A stretch of 64,000 bases of DNA from the human T2T-CHM13v2.0 reference genome, Homo sapiens (GCF_009914755.1 NC_060940.1); one strand, 5' to 3'. Positions 51,558 through 64,000 are shown, counted from the stretch's first letter. Numbers and translations are program-made. The notes: generated by a model from the letters alone, not told the origin.

Positions 51558-54221
51558 ATGGGGCAGGGTGGGGCCAGATGGAGGTTTTTCCCTGCAACTG
51601 GAGGACTGGGTTTGTGTGTGTGTGTGCGTGCGCGTGCATGTCTGCAGACTCACACTTCACTTGGCCTAAAAGATTAGAGATGGAGGAAAGCTCTGAATGA
51701 TCCAAAGCAGCTCCTCAAATGGAAGGGGTTATTATTATAATTACTATGATTATTGTTATCAAGATTATCATGCTTGCCTAGAAAGTCTTGTACAAAGCAG
51801 GCTTATTTTGTGTCAGCTTGTTGTTTGTGTCTGAGGCATTTCATCTTTGCTTATAATAACTAACATTGGCAGGCTTCTTTCATGTTGCAAAGCTGTGTCA
51901 CATCCTCACCCCGTTTTATCTGCACAAACAGCCCTGTGCAGTGGGGAGTAGTGAGAGAACAGAGGCTCAGAGGTTCAGTGTTCTGTCCAAGGTCACATGG
52001 CTAAAAAGATGCAGAAGCCAGGATTTGAACTTGGGTCACACAATGAAAATCCCTGTTCATTTCCCCATCATATCCTTGGCACCTCATCCCTTGAGAGGGA
52101 AGAGGCCTTTTATTAAGCTTTAGCTCCAAGCCTCTTTGCCACTGATATTTGCTGAAAAGCTTACATTGCCATGAAGAGAAGGGAAGGGTTTTGAAGACTC
52201 AAGTGTTAAAAGTGCAGTTTACCATCCCAGTTTCACACAAAGAATATACCTGGGCTTTTCCAAGTCCCTGCAGTACCTGGGGTGTGAGTGGAGAATGAGG
52301 TCTTCTATCCTTTTCGCTCAGGTTCTCTTGGTCACCACCACCACCCCTGGGGTGTGGCACAGGACAGACAGGCATCTGCTACATCTCTGAGAAGCGCGGA
52401 AGAAGGTGCTATGACAGGAGAAGCTGGTGCAGGGGGACTGTCTGTGTCCTGGTGGGTAGGAGCTGGGTACACAGGGGGCAGGGCCCTGACTGGGCTCTGG
52501 GAGCCTACGCCCCTCCTTGGAGCATGGGTTCTATCTCCAGGGACCAGCTGGCTGACTGGAGAGAGCTTTCTGGAAGCAGCACCCCTCCCTGCTGCGCACC
52601 ATGGGCTGTTATACTGATTGTCACCAGGGTGCTGCTTCCCCAGCACACTCGTGACCAGCCGCCAGCAGCACATGTCCTCGTGGCAGGACACAGGGCCTGT
52701 GTGCCAGGATAAGGGACCCCCTGTGTAATGCCAGTTCCGGAGCATCACTACCCTACCACCTCCCAGGCATCCTGCTCCCCAGCAACAGCCCAAAGCAACC
52801 CACTTCTGGGGGGTACCTGTACCATGCTCCCCACCCCTCTCAATGCTGGAATGTCCCCTGGGCCCTGTCTCCACAGGCCTCTTCCTCTCCTTGCCCACCC
52901 CTTTCTCCAGCTGCTGACAGGTGCCATGCAAAGGTTTACATAGGGGGTTCTCTGGAGCCTTGAGCTTCCCCAAAAGTGCCTCATCTCCACTGTGGCAGCT
53001 TTGAGCCATTTATTTGTCAACATTAAGAGTGAGATATCATTTAACCAGAAAGATTGTACTGGTTACTATGATAAAAATATGTTCATGCTGTCTTTAAATC
53101 ATTGATGTGGAAAAGAGTCCTGTAGGTGGCCTTGAGAAATGACAACCTCTCCTGGCCTCCTGATCCTAAACCCATAAGAATGGCATCTCGCTTACTGTTA
53201 GCATTCAGAAATATACAGTCCCAGCCATGCCCCATAGAAGAGTCCCATCCTCCTCCCGTGTGCCCAATCATCATGAGGGTGGGCGGGTTGCTCTTATCTC
53301 TATGTGGCAGCCCTGGGCAGCCTATGACGTGGAGCCGTGTATACTCGTCCACTGGGTGGACAGCAGCGCAGCCCACCCCTCAGGGCCATCCCTGTGCTAA
53401 GTGCCCTCCGTTTGCTCACACAACAGCCTTGCAGAGAAAATGATGGTGCTGTCATCCCCATTTTGCAGGTGAGAACACTGAGCCTCAGAAAGATGATACC
53501 CCTTGCTCAAGCTGGAAGCTAAAGCTGGAGCTCAGGTCTGGGTAGCTCCTGAATTTACAGTCTGAAGCCCGCAGAAAGCTGCATGGAGCAGCACTAAAAG
53601 TCCAAGGAGGGAGTGAGCAAAGGAAGCTGGCAGAGGAGGCTCCTCGAAGGGTGTGGGGTGGCAAGAGAATCAGATGTTGGATTCCATGGTGGGTTCCAGC
53701 AGGTGCGGAATGATGAGGTGGGGGCATTCTGGGCCCTTAATGATTACAAAACCCATCCCACCTGCACCTATACATCCGAGGAAATGCAGTCAGGTTTTCC
53801 CTCACACACACAGCAGAGAGCCCCCTCCCTTCCTCTCTGTAGCTGGGCCTTAGAACCACTGTAACTGGGACAGTGGTGGGAAGAGGGACCCACTCCTTCA
53901 TGCCTCAGGCAGACATGCATGTCCATGAACTCCTTACAGGACTGCCTGCTACTGAATCCCCCAGACTGCCTTTAGTGTGCAGCATGTATGTGGCCAGTGC
54001 TCACAACACAGCTAGTGCCATACCAGTCCCATGGGAGAGAGAGGGGCCACCCACACAGGAAACACCACACGGCATGTGGGCACTGTGCACGGGGTGTGGT
54101 CAGATAGTAAGAGAGGAGCGGGCTCAGAAGCCAGGAAAGCCAGTGGCGCTGCAGGAATGGGAGGGGGTCTTCCTGCAGGAGGTAGGCCACACATTAGCCT
54201 TGGCCGACTAGGGGGCATAAT

Positions 54222-54745
54222 AGGACTATTTGGGGTACAAGTGCAAAAATAAACCAACCAAACAAACAAACAACATATCCTCCAATGGATTTTTAAAAGC
54301 AGGGGATTGATTGACTCAAGTAACTAGAAAGCCCAGAGGTCTCTGTGGCTGCAGGCGCAGCTGGATCCAGGCGTTGACATATTATGACTCAGGTGCCTCC
54401 CTCTCAGCTCTGCTTTCCTCAGTGTTGGCTGCACACTCAGAGGGGGCCTCCCTTTGAGAGCCTCTCTTTCCTAATAGCTGCTACAAGTGTCCTGGGGCTG
54501 GCTGGGACTAGAGACTGATTGTTAGTCTCATTTGACAAATAGGGATTCTTTGTCCACCCCAGACTCTTCACAGGCCAGTGAGATGGGTTGGCCAAGCCCA
54601 GAGCATGTGTCCACCCCTAGAATCAGGGGAGATTTAGCTCAACGCAGACCACTCAGACTGGGCTGGAGAAGGGTGCTTCACTTCTGGGAACTGGGGCTCT
54701 GCTGCCGTAAAACAAGAGAAAAAAGCCACAAAGGCAGAGAGGGCA
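54222..54745 (-). mobile_element. MLT1K/L-like MaLR LTR
   Basis: ttgattgactcaagtaactagaaagcccagagg...ggatccaggcg...ctcagctctgctttcctcagtgttggct. Confidence 0.55.
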
Positions 54746-54791
54746 GCTGCCCAGGAGAACAGGACTGGGCAGAGAGGAGCGGGCAGGCCTT

Positions 54792-54810
54792 CACTGCCAC
54801 CTGGTAGCGG
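54792..54810 (-). promoter_or_regulatory. Candidate CTCF site
   Basis: Minus strand CCGCTACCAGGTGGCAGTG. Confidence 0.45.
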
Positions 54811-54921
54811 TCACTGCTGTCTCTCCTGCAGAACTGCCTGGGCGGGAGCACGCAGTGAGTTTTCTAAAGAAGTCAGCTCTAGCCGTCTGCCCCGCGTAAA
54901 ATACTCACAGGCCAGACCTGG

Positions 54922-55278
54922 TATCTTCATCCATTCAGGCTACCATAGCAGAATACCATAAGCTGGGTGGCTTATACACAACAGAAATTTATTTCTCACA
55001 GTTCTGGAAGCTGGGAAGTTCAAGATGAAGGTGCTGGCAGATCACTATCAGGTGGGGGCTACTTTCTCTTAGACGGCCCCTTCTTGCTGCGTCCTCACGT
55101 GGTGGAAGGGGTGTGGGTCTTTGGGGCCTCTCTTATAAGGGCACTAACCCCCTTCCTGAGAGCTCCACCTTTAAGACCTAATCACCTCCCAAAGGCCCCA
55201 TCTCCGAACGCCAGCATCTTGGGGGTTAGGATTTCAGCATAGGAATCTTAGGGGGACATAAACAATCAGACTACAGCA
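54922..55278 (-). mobile_element. MLT1A-type MaLR solo LTR
   Basis: Typical body (aatttatttctcacagttctggaagctgggaagttcaagat); perfect 5-bp TSD CCTGG at 54917-54921 and 55279-55283. Confidence 0.88.
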
Positions 55279-56319
55279 CCTGGTGAGTCTGCCCAGAGAA
55301 CATGCATGTGTTTTGTCACATCTCATATGGCCTGGGCACCCAGGCACGCTCTGACCAGCAAGAAACAGCAGTGTGATGGGGCCGTAGCAGAAAGAATGGT
55401 GCTAGAAAATACCCACCACACACAACCCATAGGCCCAGGAGGAGCCTTGGATGGGAAATTCAGGCTCAGCCTGAGCCCCGTCCCCCAGACCCCTAAAAGC
55501 AGGCAGACAAAGGAGCAGGGTCTCCCCTGGCTCTAGTAATTGCTTGTGAAGCCCACCATCCTTTTTTTTGTGCTGGCAAAGCCCTTCCTTCCCCTCAGGC
55601 CTGGCCCTTCTATCTTATGCATCTCCCTTCCCTCTGCTTGGGGGCTGGGCTGGGTACCCGTTAGTTCTCAGCTTGGGCCTCAGGTGGCCAGGCCTTGTCT
55701 GAGATGTGAAGTCCAGAGCTGCTGGCTGTGGCACAAGAGGAGGTCGACTTTGAGTCCAGGCTCTCCTTACTGGCGATGTGATCTTTAGCAAGCTCCCTCG
55801 CCTAAGCAGGATACCCACCTGCCGTAATCATTAAATGAGACACAAACTGACAAGAGCTGGAGGATAGATAGGATTGAGTGAGAAACTGGGGCCAAGCCTC
55901 ATATTAAAATGCCAAGGATCCATACATCCTGCAGACGTGGCTGAGCACCAACTCTCTACCAAGCACGGTGTGAGGCCCAGGTACCATGAGAAATCAGGAA
56001 ACGATCCCTGCCCTGAGGACCAGGCTCATACAGCACCAGCTGTACCATGGTGTTGCTGTGCGCTGTGGGAGCAGGGAGGTGGGCTTCCCTAAGGAGGTGA
56101 CATTTGAGATAGGGTGGGACTGAGACCAGAGTGATCTGGACAGATGGAGCACCCAGCTTATTTGGGGAACAGGAGTAAGGCTGTATGGCTGGAGCCCCGT
56201 GAGAGGGGGCAAGTTGGAGGATGTCAGGACAGAGAGGCAGTCAGGGGCTTTGTAGGCCCCAAGGAGTCTGGAATGCGGGAATGATGGGCAGCTGTTGAAA
56301 GGAAGAGCTATACCCATTA

Positions 56320-56820
56320 TGATTAAGTTTAACTGAATACCAGAAACTCTGGAAATTATGCCTTAAATAAGATAGAAATTGATTTAAGTATTAAGAAAAC
56401 ACACACTGAAGATAGTGTGAGGATGACTTCAGATAGTGTGGAGTCTGATCCTTGACCTAGGCTGTTTTTGGATCACTATTCCACTATCCCTAGGGTGTTG
56501 ACCTTGTCTTCATGATCCCATTTAGTTGCTAGAGCTCCAGCCATCACATCCAAGTTCCAGGCATTAGGAAAGAGGGAATGAGAGAAAAAGGGTGCCCCTT
56601 ACCTTTAAAACAACCTTTCCTGAGGCCTTACTTCACTTCAGCTTACCTTTCTTTGTGCAGAATTTGTCACATGGTCACAACTAGCTGTAAGCAAAAAAAA
56701 AAAAAAAATCCAGCCTTTTAGTTGGATATCAGTGTGCCCAACCAAAAATTTCTGGATTCTTTTTGTAAAGAAGAAGGGGAGAATTGATGTTAATAGGAAA
56801 CTAATGGTCTCCTTCTGTGT
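56320..56820 (-). mobile_element. Old MaLR LTR (MLT1L-like)
   Basis: ccttaaataagatagaaatt...gctccagccatcacatcc...tcacatggtcacaactagctgtaag. Confidence 0.55.
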
Positions 56821-58228
56821 GGGGAGCAGGCTGAAGAGGAGAAGGACCGAGGCAGGGAGCCCATGGGAGGGAACCATGGAGGCCTGGACTTAGAAGTCGG
56901 GGAGGAGATGAGGAGGAGCAGACAGCTGAAAGCAGATCTGAAAGAAGAACTGCAGGGCACTGGGCATGGGAAGGACTCAGTGAAATCAAGCAGGTCTCCT
57001 GGTCTTTGAATTTGAGCAGTTGAGCCAATGTGGAAGACAGGAGAGAGCGGGAAGGGCGGGGGGCCAGGGGGTGTTGCTGCCAGCACAGGACCCCTCCCCG
57101 TCCCACAACAGGAAGGCCTAGACCCCTGGGCTATCTGCTGGAGAATCCCAGGAAATCATTTATCCCAGATGTCCCCAAACTGTAGAATGCATCCTACTGG
57201 AGTGGGACCCATTAAATTCCAGGCCACACATGGAAGCTCAAACATGGGAGCACAGTAGCTTTGTGGCCTCGGTTTGTAAATCACACCGTCTTGAGTGTCC
57301 TCCTACAAAGCCTGTTGTGGCTCCAGGGCCCCCACATTAGCGTGTGATCCTCAGGTCCAGGGAAGGTCTTGCCTCGCAGGCGTCCCCAACCCTGCTCTCA
57401 GGTCCTGACTTGTTCTGACTCAGGTGCTCCACAGATCTACAGAAACCATGAAGGTAGGGCCCAAAGAAGGAAGAGTTGGAAAACTCTTGCCAGGTCCACC
57501 ACCCGCATTCCTCAGATGGGAAAGTACCCCAAGATTGCCCGAGGTCAGCCAGGCGTGAGGAGCAGGATCGCTGCAGGTCCCTGACTCATAGGCCTTGCAC
57601 TGTTTTTAGCCCCAGGTGGAGGCGCCACCCCTGCTCACCCACCTGCTGCTGCCCTGAGTCATCCCTGCCTGCCTGGGGCACCCAAAGCCCAGGCCCCAGG
57701 GCTGGCTTTCCAGGTCACTGCTGCCAGGGGGGCCCGGACAGCCTTCATGCCCAGTGAGGGCGAAGTCAGACCCCACGGGCTGGGTTGTTGGCGATACTGA
57801 CCCTTGGATGCTGGGTCAGGTCAGCATGGGGACTTGGCCTTCCAGCCTCTGCACCATTGTAGCTTCCTTCCCAGGACAGGCAATGGGAGGGGCACAGCTT
57901 CCAGAACTTTCTCACTGCCCTTCTGCAGTGGACAGGCTCTGACATGTAAATAGCACTTTAGCTGGACAGCTCAATTCTGGAAGAGCTTTGGCCTCACACT
58001 TCTTTTGTACAGACCTTTCGTTGGCGACAAAACTTCCAGATGCTGACCTCATTTTCTTTGTGTCTCTCCCATCCCCAAGGATGCCTGCAGACTTTCAGTA
58101 CCTCCCACTCACTTCTAGAGCCACGTGCCATGGGCTGGGCAGTCAGTCTCTCTCCTCCGGCCTAATCAGAGGGTTGGGAGTTGAAGGGGTTTGCGGCAGA
58201 AAAATTATCTAATAATAATACTGCATGC

Positions 58229-58533
58229 AGCTGGGCGCTGTGGCTCACGCCTGTAATCCCAACACTTTGGGAGGCCAAGGCGGGTGGATCACCTGAGGTT
58301 GGGAGTTCGAGACCAGCCTGACCAACATGGAGAAACCCCATCTCTACTAAAAGTACAAAATTAGCCGGGCGTGGTGGCACATGCCTGTAATCCCAGCTAC
58401 TCAGGAGGTTAAGCCAGGAGAATCTCTTGAACCCAGGAGGCGGAGGTTGTGGTGAGCTGAGATCATGCCACTGCATTCCAGCCTGGGCAACAAGAGCAAA
58501 ACTCCATCTCAAATTAATAATAATAATAATAAT
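58229..58533 (+). mobile_element. AluSp-like element with (AAT)n tail
   Basis: gggagttcgagaccagcctgaccaacatggagaaacccc, gttgtggtgagc, gggcaacaagagc. Confidence 0.92.
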
Positions 58534-59459
58534 GCACACATGAATAAAATATCCCAATTCTGGAGAGCCCGTGAAATCGGGGAGATGGTAGGCCTGGTGT
58601 ATGCGACTCTCAGACCCCAGTGGGGTCTCAGTCTCTGTTGGGCTCCAGGACTCGTGCGGTCTGAAACCAGGGGGAAGGCGGCTGGAGGAAGGACCCCAGC
58701 TCCCTGCCTCCACCTCCTCCAGTGCTGAGCATCTTGTCTTGGGCCTGGTAGTAGTCAGGGTCTCTGTGAGTGCAAGTGGCAGAAACTAACGGGATAGGGC
58801 TCACAGGACAGGTCACATGAAGGGTAAAGGGACCCAGCCTTGGGGACCTAAATACCATGACACTTCCCTGCTTCTTTCTGGTAGCTTTATTCTGAGAGTC
58901 TTCTTCATGGGTTGGGGGACGCTTGTCTCAGTGATACTAGCGACTCTGGGGCCACATTCTCCTAAGCTTCCCACTTTGAAAAATCCCAGGGAAAGACTAC
59001 AGGTGGCCCAGCATGGTCACATGCTCACCAGCCACCTCCTCCACTCATCGACCCTCTTCCTTGCCTTGGCATCCCACACCTGGTTCCCAGGGCCTGGCAT
59101 GGACTGGAAGCTGGCCTGGGCTCCACAGGACTCAGGGTCCAGCACACTCCTGTCCTGGCCCTGTGTTCCCAGCCATGCCTCTTCCTGTCGCTGGGACATC
59201 TCGCAGTGCCACTCTGCTGGTGCACACCCTGAGGCGTGGTGCCCCAGGCGGGCAGTAGTCACTAGGCAGGGGTGTTCTCAGGACCTGCTAGGATTCAGCC
59301 AGGAATAGAGGGGCCACTCGGATGGTGGTTACCTTGCATTTTGGTTAGGAGAGTGGTCTGAGCAAAGTCCTGTCAGCCACAGAGACATGTGAAGAGCAAG
59401 AAGACAGGGTATGTCTGGTGCCTGGGCTGAGACAGGGGCTTGCTGTCCTCAAGACAGCT

Positions 59460-59820
59460 TCTAGAGGTTTAGGTTCCTTTAGAAGCTTATCTGAGAAAAG
59501 GATTTGGGTGAGACAAGGAGTTTATTTGGGAGGTCATTTCAGGAAGCACCGAGGAAGTGGGGAAGCCACACAGGAAGGGAGGGAAGCCATGAAGGGGAGC
59601 TCATGGGTGGCCTGCCACGTTGGCTGCTGGGGCTCCATCCCATGGGGATCCTGTCTGAATGTGTAGCTTGTCTCAGAATTGCCTCCCTGGGAGGGCAAGG
59701 AAGCCGGGTTATTTGCCCATTCCTGTCTGTCCGGGGCACCGACTCAAACTGCAGCCAGCTATACACCTGAGGCAGTGAGCTCCATGGGCAGAGGCAGGAG
59801 GGCGGCCCGGGGCAGCACCT
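59460..59820 (-). mobile_element. ERVL LTR16/LTR33-like fragment
   Basis: ctgagaaaaggatttggg...gtttatttgggaggtcatttcaggaagcac. Confidence 0.5.
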
Positions 59821-61292
59821 GCTCTGCTCTCACCTACTCTGCGTTGGACATTAAAGGCTGTGGCTGCCTCAGACGGAGCACATATCTTCCTGGGCAAGGC
59901 CACTTCAGCTGTGGTCTAGACCCCTCTACCAGGCCCTGTCAGCCGTCCAGGGAGCTCTCGGCACAGGTGGGTCTGATCATAGAGGCTGGGCCTGGAGTCC
60001 GAAGGCACCTCATCTTGAGTCCCACCCCTGCCACTCACCATCGGGTTGTTAAGTGAGTGCCTTCCTCTCTGTGGCCCTCAATTTCCCCACTATGAAGTGG
60101 AGATGGTAATACTACAGCAACTGCTGTATTAGCTGTGCCACAGCAATGCTGTCTACTGAGCCTCTCCTAAACCCAGCCACTTAGTTCTGCAGATCAGAGA
60201 CCCAGGGCAGGCTCCACTCTGTACCAGGCTCCCCGAGTCCTCTTCCCAGGATGAATGACAGAGCCCGGGCGTATTCATGGCGATGGCAGGGCCCACGAGG
60301 ACCAGCAGAAACACGGCCTCTCAAGGAGCTGGCACAGTGCCACTGCTGCACCATTCTGTGGGCCACGGCGAGTCCTGTGCCATACTCAACATCAAGCAGA
60401 CAGGACATATACTCAGCCTTTAGCAGGAGGAGCTGAAGAGGCGCAGGGCAAAGGGTGTGGGCAGAGGAGGGGTGAAAGGCCCAACGACACAGCTCTTGCC
60501 ACTCGCTCCTGAGGTGGGGGAGGTTCTGAGGACGGAGTGTGTTCACCAAATCCTTTGTACGCTAAGTACTACTCCCGTGTGCAAGGTGGCGGTGACGGTG
60601 CAGTCCTGGGATGTCTGCAGGAGCCTTCTTATCTTCAAAGACCACCACACTCCTGGTTGTGATGTTACATGCATGTGATTGTAGTCTTTGAAAAGGCGAC
60701 CCCACTTTGGTATCCAGGATGAGGGGAAGGGGAAGAAACCTGTTAATTATGCAGTACTTTTTCTGTAATTTCAAGAAGGCTCAGCCTACACGTGTGCACC
60801 TTAAGCAAATTCATCTACACCCACTCAGACAAGGAGGAAGGGAGGAGGCAGAGGAGGAGAGTGCTCCAAGCTCATTACCTGTCCTTTCCCATTTCCATGT
60901 TTCACCTGACCTAGGAGCTTCCCCTGCCCCCAGAGAAAGGTAGGCCCCAGGTCACAAACAAATCAAGAAAAATTAATAAAATGGACTTTTGGCTTTGAGC
61001 AGTCCAAGGGCCAAAGTTCTTGAGATTTAGTGTTGGCATGAGATATTTTTGCCATCTGCACTAACTTGGCAACCAGCCCCTCCCCTCCCCCAGTCCTGAG
61101 GCACAGCCCCGCTGTGGCCCATCCCTCAGCTAACCGGAATTCTCTACCGAAACGTCTGCTCCTCTACATAGCCCAGTTCTAGGGACTGCATTCCACCCTG
61201 TGTAAGAAGTATAGAAAATTACAGCTCAGCCAAGAACATTGATTTTTTTCTCCCCCGAACAAAATAACCGAGTTTTCAGGATGAAAGCAGAG

Positions 61293-61394
61293 CTGCTGGT
61301 TGAGTTGGAGGGTGGAGAGCAGAGCCAGGCCCACTCTGCCTTCCTGCTGGTTGAGTTGGAGAGTGGAGAACAGAGCCGGGCCCACTCTCCCTTC
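61293..61394. repeat. 51-bp tandem duplication, 2 copies, 47/51 identical
   Basis: Units at 61293-61343 and 61344-61394 aligned by eye. Confidence 0.92.
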
Positions 61395-61589
61395 CTGCCC
61401 CAGAAAACTCTGGGGCCCCATGGGCTGCAGCTTGGAGCTCCTGCTTTAGGACATCCATGTGGTAGAAGGCCCCACGGGCCCCAGGAACCCCAACTGTGCA
61501 TGCTCAGGTCGTGGCCCTCCCTGGAGCAGGCTGTGGGCTGAGCTGCGGTCCTGCTGCACTGGCTGGGCTCTCATCACAGTCCCCGCTAG

Positions 61590-61825
<236 letters not shown>

Positions 61826-62803
61826 GTGAGTGTCCCAGCGGGCGCATGGCCTGGAGCCGGGCAGTGATGCGGGAGTGGAAGGGACTGGTGATGGGGATTG
61901 GCAGAGCAAGGAGGATTCTCGGCTGAGGTCACGCCTGCCGGGAGATGTTCTCCCATAGGTAGAGGGTGTCAGGAAGGAATGAGAAGGGGCCTCTCTTCCT
62001 GCACCCCAGGAGGAGAAAGAGGCCAGAGGAGGCAGAGGACGCAAGAGACAACCAAACAGTGGAAATTCCCAGAGGGCCGGGACCTTGTCACTGGCTTGTC
62101 CTGGAGAGTGCCTGGCACTGCAAAAAGACAGCTTTCAAGTGTAGCAGCTTTGTTTTTTTATAGGGAGCCCCTGACCGCATAAATACAAACCAAAACAACA
62201 GCCATATAGGCAGAAAAGAAATGGTGCCATTTTGTTTTATTTTAGAAAAAATAATAAGCTTTCCATTCCCCATCTTTAAAATTAAGAATAAGGAATATGT
62301 AAGTCTAATTAATATAATAAATGTATACTTTAATACTATTTATAACTAAATAAGGGGGATGACAGGAGGGCAGGAGGACGGAAGGAAGAAAGGAAGGGGA
62401 GAGAGGGAGAAAGAAGAGGACAGAAGAGAAGACGGAGAGGTGGGAAGTGGTAAAAGCTGGAGCTGGTTAGAAGGTGCTCCCGGCTCTTCCCATCACAGCA
62501 GGTCACAGGTCCACTGGCTGCAGCTTTATCACTCTAGGCATCTCCAAGGACATCCTCACTGCTTCCGTGCCCTTGGCCTCTAGATTGGAGGCTCCAGAGC
62601 CCTGGGATGGTCAGCGTTGGTCAGGGACATGTCTTCTGTCATGGAGATAGTGGGATTGCCCCCTTGGCTTTCGGGAAATGCACCCCACCTTTGCAATTGC
62701 AATCTGGTACCCATACATTCAGTGGGGGCTTTCTGCAAGGAGCCCTTGAGCTTTATCCCACTAGCTGGGAAGATTCTGACATGATCCAGTCCAGCCATTT
62801 TCA

Positions 62804-63012
62804 CCAGGTCTCAGCTGGGGCCTTTTTGCCTCCAGGGGACATTCAGCAACATCGGGAGACATTTTTGATGGCTGCAGCTAGAGTGGTGCTCCCGGCAGCT
62901 AGCAGGTAGAGGCCAGAGATGCTGTTAAACACCCCATAGTGTGCAGGACGGCCCCCACAACAAAGAGTTACGTGGCCCCAAACATCCATAGTGCCAAGAT
63001 TAAGAAACCCTG
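62804..63012 (+). mobile_element. MER20 hAT-Charlie DNA transposon
   Basis: ccaggggacatt...ggagacatttttg...gtagaggccagagatgctgttaaacacc...cccccacaacaaagagtta...taagaaaccctg. Confidence 0.88.
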
Positions 63013-64000
63013 ATCTACGCAATGCCAATGGACAGAGGCTGAGGCCAATGTTCACTCCTGGACATTTCCACGGGCCACATGGCAGCCAACAGACTAGGGA
63101 CTTGAGCAAGGCCGGGAGCGGCTTCCCATTTCTGCACACCTAGATTGTCCAGAGGGCAAATGCCGAAGTCCTGTGAGTCCCAGGTGATGACTACCTAGGC
63201 CCCCGGGCCTGATGAGCTCCCAGGGACACCCTGGTGGTCAGGGCAGTGAGCCCAGAAGCTCAGTGTCCACCATTCCGTATGCACAAATCACAGACCAGAG
63301 CTAGGCAGGAGAGAGTGACTTTCAGCTGCCCTCCTCCCTTCTTCCACTCCCTGTCCCTGCCCTGGAGTCCAGGGCCTCCTCCCCGAGGGCCAGCAAGACC
63401 CTCAAGGGCCTTTAGGGCCAGCTGGCCCAAATCTGTCTTCTAGTGGCTCAGCAAATTCTGCTCTCCACTTACATTTTTACCCATTTCACTAATTATAACA
63501 TGAATCCATTACCAAAAAAAAAATTAAACAAATGCAGAGGGATGTAAAATGAGAAGTAATCTTCCTACTCCCCCCACCAGCCCTGCCCCTCCCACTTTTA
63601 CCCACTTCCATTTATTTGTCCCAGTGGCATCCAGAAAAACTTGATCCTCTGACTCAAAATAGTATTTACTGCCACCCACTCTGGAATGGAGGGAGCTCAG
63701 CTCACCTTCCTTCCTTCCATCGCTCTCCACCTTCACCTCCGGCTTTTTGCTAGTTACAGGATTATTTTTAGTTCTTCCGGTGCTTACCTTTATAACTTTA
63801 AATAAGAAACTTGAGTCAGTATTTGTCAACTCCCCACCAAGTAAGCTGAGGAAATTCTCCTCCCTGCAGCCTCATCTCTGCCTTCTTTCAAATTTTCCAC
63901 TTCCCAGGTTGATGATGTTACCATTCTCTTCTGTCACTGTGGCTGGGCCTTCCGTGTCTCCCCTCTGGGAGAGGGCAGGAAAGACAGGGGACACACAGGT

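Noticed and set aside
52332-53009. Longest ORF (225 aa, minus), plus the 206-aa ORF at 39893-40513 and the 204-aa ORF at 36066-36680
   Set aside because: No recognisable domain; G/P/S/A/R-rich as expected for chance ORFs in GC-rich intron; several use non-ATG starts.
53450-53474. ccccattttgcag|gtgaga recursive-site-like motif
   Set aside because: A variant of the MIR core (cccattttacagatgag), which is very common; no other support.

Overview
This is primate, most likely human, genomic DNA from inside GNAO1 (G protein alpha-o), transcribed on the + strand. Only two coding exons are present: exon 3 (8981-9122) and exon 4 (61665-61825), separated by a 52.5-kb intron (9123-61664). The rest is intronic, with Alu, L1, L2, MIR, MaLR/ERV LTRs, hAT-Charlie DNA transposons and microsatellites. 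None of the long six-frame ORFs looks like a real gene. The most striking unexplained signal is an exact 17-nt copy of the exon-3 donor junction (AGAGAAAG|GTAGGCCCC) at 60932-60948. It lies directly behind a branch point and pyrimidine-rich 3' splice site, 725 nt upstream of exon 4. It could be a hidden 6-nt in-frame microexon (Arg-Lys), a recursive-splicing point, or the donor of a 161-nt alternative exon. Other leads are a strong latent donor inside exon 4, several candidate poison or cryptic exons, two CTCF motifs, a CpG-retaining Charlie1 segment and inverted Alu pairs. Repeat subfamily names come from recall of consensus sequences, and repeat boundaries without a target-site duplication (TSD) are approximate.
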